From an archaeon GW2011_AR18 (GTDB lineage Archaea; Nanobdellota; Nanobdellia; SCGC-AAA011-G17; GW2011-AR18), in NCBI GenBank assembly GCA_000806155.1, contig JWKX01000012.1:5563-69562 (forward strand): a stretch of DNA of 64,000 bases. Reading direction: 5' to 3'. Positions 49,001 through 64,000 of this stretch are shown piece after piece (position 1 is the first letter of the stretch; the number at the start of each line of letters is the position of its first letter). The position numbers were made by a program, and so were the translations under genes. Below the pieces are notes generated by a model, which was not told the DNA's origin, ran no database searches, and saw nothing but the letters and a program-made list of their open reading frames with translations.

Positions 49001-50144
49001 CTCTAATATATTTTTCTAGTCTTTCTTTTTTATGCTTGACTATTAAATGTATATTATTATAAAAATTTTGTAAATTATCCTTGCTATAAATATTTAAAAA
49101 ATAATATTTTCTTTTTATTTTTTTTTCTGTATTTGTTGCATACTTATACTTCATTTTTATGCTTGATATTATCCCAAATCTTAAAAGCAATTCTTGTATT
49201 TGCATTACCAACTTTTGATTTTTGTTTGAGAATTCTATTTGATTGCCATTTTCACTTACATGACCATCTGTATCAAACAATCCCGCTAACAAGTTTCTAG
49301 TGATATTATCATTACCAATCATTAATTCTTCTGGTATTGCTTTATGTTCACCAGTCAATATCTCTGATTTGAATAATTTTTGTAAGAATTTTTTTATGTC
49401 TGATGAATTATCTATAAACCTTGAGGTTATTCCAGTTTTTCTGATATAGAAGTCATCTATTTTGAACAATTCTTTTGATAATGCTTTAAAATCTTCTAGA
49501 ATTTCTGCATCGGAATTTATAAGTTCAAGTCTTTGATTAAGATATCCATCTCCTATAATATATCCTATGAATCTTCCAAAATTTGGTGTTGCTAAATGTG
49601 GGAATTCTCTATTAGAATCTATTTGAATATCTATTTTGATATCATTTTTTGGTATTGTCCTTATGGTTCTTGGTAATGCTATTAAATCTTTTTCCTTTAA
49701 TTCATCAACTCTTGCACCATTTAGGTGTCCTTCTTTGAATATTATTATTGAATGACATCCTGTTGTTGTTATTTTTTTTCCTGTTCTTGTTGTTATTTCA
49801 TATAATTTTTTTTCTCCATTATGCTTGATGTATTTTATTATTTTTTTATATTCTTGTCTGAATGTTGTAGGATTGACTGATAATATATAATCATCATCTC
49901 TTGATTCTGTATATATTCCATCGTCTAATTTTTTTATTTCTTTAGAATTTTTTATTTTGTTATCTACTAGTTCTTTTATTTCTTTAGAACTTCCATCTGG
50001 CAATAATACTCGTGAATCCCCTCTCAATGATTTCCCAGATCCATTCGGACCTATTACAATATTAAAACCATTTCCAAATTCAAGTTCTGTTTTACCTGCA
50101 AATGATTTGAAACCTTTAGCAGAAAGCCTCTTTATTTGTGTCAT
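45969..50144 (-). CDS. smc: SMC chromosome segregation ATPase, N-terminal head, coiled coil and hinge; contains an intein
   Basis: MTQIKRLSAKGFKSFAGK...GPNGSGK[intein]SNIVDALCFVLG Walker A; hinge IHGIVSTLGNVEGKYSQALEVAAGSRIQSIVVD. Frame breaks at the A5 run at 46009..46013. Confidence 0.85.
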   Translation of the reverse strand: MTQIKRLSAKGFKSFAGKTELEFGNGFNIVIGPNGSGKSLRGDSRVLLPDGSSKEIKELVDNKIKNSKEIKKLDDGIYTESRDDDYILSVNPTTFRQEYKKIIKYIKHNGEKKLYEITTRTGKKITTTGCHSIIIFKEGHLNGARVDELKEKDLIALPRTIRTIPKNDIKIDIQIDSNREFPHLATPNFGRFIGYIIGDGYLNQRLELINSDAEILEDFKALSKELFKIDDFYIRKTGITSRFIDNSSDIKKFLQKLFKSEILTGEHKAIPEELMIGNDNITRNLLAGLFDTDGHVSENGNQIEFSNKNQKLVMQIQELLLRFGIISSIKMKYKYATNTEKKIKRKYYFLNIYSKDNLQNFYNNIHLIVKHKKERLEKYIRDDVETNTNVDFLPKEINLYIKEIVRSLGLKVKNLRKEYPSLASYYENRCYSSRYKLKDLIELFTDRWFDLYQVYKSLEMNTVKLVDNLEKINISGTQTASILGVATNTVNISWKNGVFNAKPQNLERLYNFEKEFLEEHLDYSLKLLTLLNRIASSEIFWDEIIKVEKVNGEEYVYDIEVEDNHNFIANGMYVHNSNIVDALCFVLGKSSAKEMRAEKSSNLIFNGGKKQSPSKEAEVMIEFDNSLGKFPLKEKDVRITRTVKQNGTSVYMINDEVRTRQQVLDLLNAAKIDPDGHNIILQGDIIHFMEMKSTDRRQIIEEIAGISIYEEKKGKCLQELEKVDSKLNEAGIILTEREANLRELKKERDQAIKYKEIQESIKDDRATYTHLQIKNKQEKIDEIEGRKKEAENKISKINEEINNHKTNINNHKDEIKKINEEIEVKGAKDQLTLRKDIEDIKTNTVKSNSRLEVCNTEVVKIKQRKEQLLWNIKEIEEKIKELQLKKKAHDSDIITLVNREKEIDKKIQTLKEKSGIDNETETIEKLEKEIEKKQEEINRININRQELIRNKDQLTYKLNSTEERINNLKGSTKDVEELKNNKRLFKEITEKLAKCLNEDSSYAAQLSRSRHELMQSNEELAKLTTRQVSIQERAMGDLAVRKIIELKNSVKGIHGIVSTLGNVEGKYSQALEVAAGSRIQSIVVDSDTVAQKCIEHLKMNKLGVATFLPLNKVKSRVMDPSIKDVLKSNGVQGLATDLVSYDPMYADIFSYVFGTTVIVDSIEIARRIGIGKARMVTLDGDLLEPSGAMIGGYRMQKAGLGFKEKEVDNNINKLDVEVKKLSVLVSNLENKRTENEVMISSLRENKAELEGNIIRMEKTLNVEGYDINSLIEEKKSLINTSKEQEKNIENVDKELNKTVGILEDLKEKKTKLREKLNDPELIKNFDVLEEQRMKTKESILEINSNIKNIEVQVTSMLNPEKEKTEKIIKQQEKENEEFLKETIQIKDIIIL
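48417..50030 (-). mobile_element. intein (538 aa) with LAGLIDADG homing endonuclease, inserted in the SMC Walker-A P-loop
   Basis: Begins SLRGDSRVLLPDGSSKEIKEL (Hint block A), ends YVHN followed by +1 Ser. Two LAGLIDADG motifs (IGYIIGDGYL, LLAGLFDTDGHV). Flanking exteins rejoin to GPNGSGKSNIVDAL. Confidence 0.8.
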
Positions 50145-50300
50145 CTTTTTATATTTGAAAAGTTTTTTGTTCTTTTTAAAGGTTTTTATATACAATAAAT
50201 AAATCTATGTTAAAGTATCTATTTTTGTTACTATTTTAAAGTAAACACATGCGAAACATTTATATACTAGTAAACCTATACATTAGTATCACCTCTTTTT

Positions 50301-50336
50301 CCCAGGGAGAAGATTCTTCGGATTCTTTTCCTTGGG
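50301..50336 (+). ncRNA. GC-rich 16-bp hairpin with UUCG tetraloop followed by a U-tract
   Basis: CCCAGGGAGAAGATTC-TTCG-GATTCTTTTCCTTGGG then TTTTATAC; stands out in an AT-rich intergenic region. Confidence 0.35.
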
Positions 50337-50364
50337 TTTTATACTCATTTTAAGGCAATATACA

Positions 50365-50502
50365 ATGATTCCAAGAGATTTAGAGATAGCAGTAAATGAA
50401 GGTAAAATTCTTGATGATGGTACTAAAGTTATTATTAAAATTTCATTTTGTGATGAATTAAAAAGGGACATTTATATTGTATCATTTGATATTGGATAAA
50501 TT
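50365..50502 (+). CDS. hypothetical 45-aa protein
   Basis: Short ORF downstream of the hairpin. Confidence 0.2.
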
Positions 50503-50625
50503 AAGATTAATATACCTAAGACTTTTGAAGATTGTACAATTGATAAGGCATTTTCATTGTATTCATCTATAACAGATTTTAATCAGGCTATGGATTATGC
50601 TCTAAAGTAAAAAATTTCATTAAAA

Positions 50626-50808
50626 TTACTTCTTCATAAATTCAGTATATTTGCAATTTCCACAATAGATTCTATCCTTGTGTATGGCTAAGAACATTGC
50701 TGGACCACATTTAGGGCATGTTTTTGATCTTTCTACTTTATTTCCATTCAACTTGTATTTTGTCCATCTCTCTGAGGGTTTCTTGTTTTTTACTTTTGCT
50801 GCTGCCAT
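50626..50808 (-). CDS. rps27ae: ribosomal protein eS31 (S27a) zinc-ribbon
   Basis: CPKCGPAMFLAIHKDRIYCGNCKYTEF. Confidence 0.85.
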   Translation of the reverse strand: MAAAKVKNKKPSERWTKYKLNGNKVERSKTCPKCGPAMFLAIHKDRIYCGNCKYTEFMKK

Positions 50809-50810
50809 GT

Positions 50811-51098
50811 TTATGCTGCCTTCTTAGCTTCCACTTTTTTTCCTTTAGGTGGCTCTAAGAATTTTAGATCTTTCTCATTATTATAAATATTTACTATGAC
50901 TTTTGATGTATTCATTCCGAAATTTGTAAATATATTCCTTACAGCAACCAAATTTGATTCTACTGAATACTTTTTAACTATATGATTTTTTATGTCCTCT
51001 CTCTTAGGTGTTGCACTGTTGGCATGATCTACCTCTAATACTAATCTTTTTATCCCTAAAAGCTTGCTCTCTACTTCTTCTAATATTTTGATGTTCAT
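50811..51098 (-). CDS. rps24e: ribosomal protein eS24
   Basis: LLGIKRLVLEVDHANSATPKREDIKNHI matches the S24e N-terminus. Confidence 0.75.
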   Translation of the reverse strand: MNIKILEEVESKLLGIKRLVLEVDHANSATPKREDIKNHIVKKYSVESNLVAVRNIFTNFGMNTSKVIVNIYNNEKDLKFLEPPKGKKVEAKKAA

Positions 51099-51283
51099 CG
51101 TACTTTAATTACATATTCTCCTTTCATTTTTATATCTAACTTTTTCGCAATCTCTGACTTGTCAGCATCCATTACTACTATTCTTCCTTTCCAGCTTGTT
51201 GTAAAATCTGTTCCCTTGCATATTGGACACTCGTTTCCTTTAACAAATATTTTACATTTTTTGCAAGCCTTCTTCTTTACCAT
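51095..51283 (-). CDS. spt4: transcription elongation factor Spt4 / RNA polymerase subunit E''
   Basis: ACKKCKIFVKGNECPICKG zinc ribbon ... WKGRIVVMDADKSEIAKKL. Confidence 0.8.
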   Translation of the reverse strand: MVKKKACKKCKIFVKGNECPICKGTDFTTSWKGRIVVMDADKSEIAKKLDIKMKGEYVIKVR

Positions 51284-51855
51284 TATTTATTCCCCTTATC
51301 CTTTGATTTTTTTGCAGCTTTTTTCTCTTCTTCATCAGCCCATTTTACATTTCCTAATCCTGGCTGTCTCATTGTCAATCCTATTTTAGGGTTTGTTAGG
51401 TCTTTGAAGCTTACTGCTATCACTCTTGCTCTGCATTTATCATTTACCTTTAATACTTTCTTTGATTCTTTTCCTGTTAATGTTTTTTCTTTACTAAATG
51501 ATATGAAATCATCCATTGTTTGGCTTACATGTATCATCCCATCTATCGGACCCATGTTTATGAATGCTCCAAAATTTGTTATATCTGTTATTTTTCCTAA
51601 TACTAATTCCTGCAATTCTGGCAGATATGTTAACATCTTGAATTCTGTCTCGTAGAATGGTGCTCCATCTCCAGGTATTATTATTCCATCTCCGATATTC
51701 AATACCTCAGTTACACATACTACAAATCCTACATCAGAACTTATATATCCCTCAAACTGTTCATTTAATCTTAATAATACAGCAGTTTCTGTTTCTTTAT
51801 TTAATAAGCTCGGTGGTATTCTTACATGACTTTTTGCTTTTATTTCGTAGAACAT
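51283..51855 (-). CDS. rpoE: DNA-directed RNA polymerase subunit E' (Rpo7/RpoE)
   Basis: MFYEIKAKSHVRIPPSLL N-terminus and S1 domain GKITDITNFGAFINMGPIDGMIHVSQ. Confidence 0.85.
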   Translation of the reverse strand: MFYEIKAKSHVRIPPSLLNKETETAVLLRLNEQFEGYISSDVGFVVCVTEVLNIGDGIIIPGDGAPFYETEFKMLTYLPELQELVLGKITDITNFGAFINMGPIDGMIHVSQTMDDFISFSKEKTLTGKESKKVLKVNDKCRARVIAVSFKDLTNPKIGLTMRQPGLGNVKWADEEEKKAAKKSKDKGNK

Positions 51856-51930
51856 TTTTAAATGGTTATAATGTATGCTTTTTAAAGGTTTTGGTGACTA
51901 TTTTAATATATGCTTTTCTAAATATATTTT

Positions 51931-52275
51931 TTACTTAAGTTCTAGGTATTTCATCTGTCTTACTGTTATTATTCCATCTTTTAATTGTTTTTTCAATAGA
52001 TTATCCTCAGTTGCTATTATATATCCCTCTTTGCTTAATCTTATTAATTCTGTATCAACATAAGATTCCTGTGCTTTTATTATCTCAATTCTAATTATTA
52101 ATTTTTTTATCAGTCCTAATTCTTTAGGTTTTACTTTCTCTAATTCTTTTATTGTTGTATCTAATATCTTTATTTTATAAGGAAATAAACATATTCTATC
52201 TATCTCAGTAAAAAAATCTATTTTATACTTCGCACAATATATCAAAAAATTTGTATCTAGTATTATTGTTTTCAT
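51931..52275 (-). CDS. PIN-domain protein conserved upstream of rpoE (COG1412-like)
   Basis: TIILDTNFLIYCAKYKID ... IIATEDNLL PIN motifs; conserved operon context. Confidence 0.6.
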   Translation of the reverse strand: MKTIILDTNFLIYCAKYKIDFFTEIDRICLFPYKIKILDTTIKELEKVKPKELGLIKKLIIRIEIIKAQESYVDTELIRLSKEGYIIATEDNLLKKQLKDGIITVRQMKYLELK

Positions 52276-52556
52276 ATTTTTTTAATATACATTGTAGTAT
52301 ATGTTGTATCCCCATATGTTTTGCTGATTCTATATCCTACTCTAACTCTATCAGATATATAAATTTCTCTTCTAAATCTTCTACTCGTTTCTACAAATTT
52401 TAGATCTATCCCAGAATCAGTTCTTAGATGAGGGCAATCTCCATATCTATTGATTACATCTGCTTCTTCTTCTATAGTTTGTGGTATTATGCTTCTATAT
52501 GTTCTGTGTAATCTCTCAGCTATTGATTGTAGTGTCATCTTTGAGCTAATCCCCAC
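52272..52556 (-). CDS. hypothetical protein (operon with PIN-rpoE-spt4)
   Basis: 94 aa, ATGA overlap with the PIN gene. Confidence 0.35.
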   Translation of the reverse strand: MGISSKMTLQSIAERLHRTYRSIIPQTIEEEADVINRYGDCPHLRTDSGIDLKFVETSRRFRREIYISDRVRVGYRISKTYGDTTYTTMYIKKI

Positions 52557-52996
52557 TCGTGCAATTTTCTGTCTTCATCATCTATTTTGTTGTCTTGATT
52601 TAAATCATCTTTTAATGTGATTCTTCCATCTTTATCTATATCATAATCTGTATATTCTTCTCCCTCTCTTTCTATAAACTTTTGCCATATCTCTTCTGTA
52701 TTAGCATATCTCTGATCTGGTGCTTCCCTGTTTACAACTTTACATATTCCTAATCTATAAAATTCAGATCCATAAATTCCTTTCTTATTTTTGCATCCGT
52801 CTGTCATCATTGTTATATAAGTAAACATATGTTCCTCTAAAGAAACAGCTCCATCCTGTGCAGTATCAATAGTTCCATCATTTCTTTGAATATAGGCTGC
52901 TAAATCTCTTATCTGATAGTTTTCATCTGCTTTTACTGGAGTTGTTGCTAATAAAATTCGTGCAACTATTACTACAGATGTTCTCTTTATTTTCAT
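52535..52996 (-). CDS. secreted protein with EF-hand/dockerin-like Ca-binding repeats
   Basis: Signal peptide; DYDIDKDGRITLKDDLNQDNKIDDED. Confidence 0.4.
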   Translation of the reverse strand: MKIKRTSVVIVARILLATTPVKADENYQIRDLAAYIQRNDGTIDTAQDGAVSLEEHMFTYITMMTDGCKNKKGIYGSEFYRLGICKVVNREAPDQRYANTEEIWQKFIEREGEEYTDYDIDKDGRITLKDDLNQDNKIDDEDRKLHEWGLAQR

Positions 52997-53205
52997 TATA
53001 AAATACTATCTGATAAACTTAATAAATATGACTACCATCAAGTAAATGAAAAAGTATTAATTTTTTTAAATAAAATGCCTCTATAAGGCCTATAAACATG
53101 TTTAAAGAGGTTTTACAGGTAGAAAGGTATATATACTAAAAAAATATCTTATTAATATGAATATAATGAGGTTATAAGGCTTAAAAACGCATTTTACAAG
53201 GTTCT

Positions 53206-58732
<5,527 letters not shown>

Positions 58733-58739
<7 letters not shown>

Positions 58740-59101
58740 ATCCTCTCATTATTTATGATATTAATAAAACTATAAAGTTTTCTAGATAATATATCTAATT
58801 TTTCAAAAAAGATCTTATATTCTTCATCGTTAATATATTTTAAATCTCTTGATAACATTAACAAAACTTCTAGTTCTTTTATTGATCCATAAGAATAATT
58901 TAGGAATTGTGAATAAGCACGACTTGTACTTCTTGTAGAACCTTCAGCAATATTTAATGGTATAGAAACAGATGCTCTTTTTATCTGTGAAATAATATTA
59001 TTCTTCTCACTTTCAGGGAACTTTTCTGTTATCTTATAAAAATCTAATACTAGTTCGTAACCAATCTGCCATACTTCAAGATTATGGAAATTTGTTGTCA
59101 T
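58733..59101 (-). CDS. four-helix-bundle protein (23S rRNA intervening-sequence protein family, TIGR02436-like)
   Basis: [25 protein letters not shown] ... [20 protein letters not shown] ... [16 protein letters not shown] matches the family consensus. Confidence 0.6.
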
Positions 59102-59205
59102 AATGTATATTATATTCTATTATTAAAAAAGCTTTAGCAAAATTTTCCACAAGATTTTCGGACTACCACAACCTTTTTATATAAACTGATTTGCTGTTTG
59201 TTAAA

Positions 59206-59310
59206 ATGAAACGTTCAAGTCGTAGATGGAAGAAGAAAAGGCAGATGCGTTGGAAGTGGCAACGTAAAAGAATAAAGAGAGAGAAGAGAAGAAGAAAGGC
59301 AAATAGATAA
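59206..59310 (+). CDS. rpl41e: ribosomal protein eL41 (34 aa, absent from the ORF track)
   Basis: MKRSSRRWKKKRQMRWKWQRKRIKREKRRRKANR: ultra-basic L41e-type peptide; TATA-like TTTTTATATAAAC about 25 bp upstream. Confidence 0.6.
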   Translation: MKRSSRRWKKKRQMRWKWQRKRIKREKRRRKANR

Positions 59311-59565
59311 TGCTATAACTTTTAATTAATTTTAATATTTCATTCTTATTTTTACAAATTTCAATTTTTTTGTTTTCTCCTCAGAAATTAAAGAAAAGTT
59401 TAAATATGGGACGCTATTCTTTTTTATACATATGATGGATATAAGTAAAATTATATCCGGATTTTTCTCTTAAACAGAGACGTGAATACTTAAAACCGAT
59501 TTAAGTATGAGAAAAGAGCAAATCGATAAAGTAGTGAATCCTATACAATTCAATGCGACCAGAAA

Positions 59566-60943
<1,378 letters not shown>

Positions 60944-61001
60944 TATATTTATTAAACACTATTTTATCGTGCTTAGTTTTTGCTCATACATAAACGAGAG
61001 T

Positions 61002-61096
61002 GGGCCCGTAGCTCAGCGGTAGAGCATCGCCCTTGCAAGGCGGGGGCCTCGGGTTCAAAAAGTTAAATTTTTAACTTGAATATCCCGACGGGTCCA
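61002..61096 (+). tRNA. tRNA-Ala(UGC) in the 16S-23S spacer with a 23-nt T-loop intron
   Basis: GGGCCCG-TA-GCTC-AGCGGTA-GAGC-A-TCGCC-CTTGCAA-GGCGG-GGGCC-TCGGG-TTCAAA[aagttaaatttttaacttgaa]T-CCCGA-CGGGTCC-A; the insert forms its own hairpin. Confidence 0.65.
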
Positions 61097-61227
61097 CATT
61101 TCTATTCTTTGTTTAAAGAGAAAAAAGTTTCATTACATGAGGCTCTATAATTTTTTAATTTAGGGCTGATTGGTTAACACATCATATTTGTTAACCAGTG
61201 CATAGGTTTTAGTAGTTTTGATCCTAC

Positions 61228-64000
<2,773 letters not shown>

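Noticed and set aside
50196-50340. A 5S rRNA or SRP RNA in the SMC upstream gap
   Set aside because: Only a single hairpin is present, and none of the conserved 5S/SRP helices or motifs could be recognised.

Overview
This 64 kb window is a strongly AT-rich archaeal chromosome segment. Archaeal informational genes are present throughout: archaeal/eukaryotic-type TrpRS and LeuRS, an archaeal histone, Spt4/RpoE', ribosomal proteins eS31/eS24/eL41 and a 16S-tRNA(Ala)-23S operon. It also carries gyrase, and three tRNA genes, two of them with introns inside the T-loop, which points to a DPANN-like lineage. The window is rich in selfish and accessory elements. An IS6-family-like element with a zinc-finger DDE transposase and an 8-bp target duplication has split an APH-like kinase gene in frame. 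The SMC gene carries a 538-aa LAGLIDADG intein in its Walker-A P-loop and a frameshift at an A5 run. A free-standing LAGLIDADG endonuclease gene overlaps the gyrB start. TA modules are present (MazEF, HEPN/MNT with a tandem operator-like repeat, PIN). Two tRNA-Arg genes, one with two introns, and an orphan tRNA 3' fragment flank a surface-protein island whose codon usage is atypical. Accessory metabolism includes a Cfa-like methyltransferase with an FAD oxidoreductase (a TmsB/TmsA-like lipid methyl-branching pair), a BolA-Grx(CGFS)-IscA Fe-S trafficking module, GapN, a VOC/DUF1428 cluster, and an extracytoplasmic Lon-like protease with a BFN nuclease operon. The rRNA operon is preceded by a four-helix-bundle (23S IVS protein family) gene and a gene for ribosomal protein L41e that is missing from the ORF track, and the 16S appears to lack about 130 nt of the h15-h18 region.
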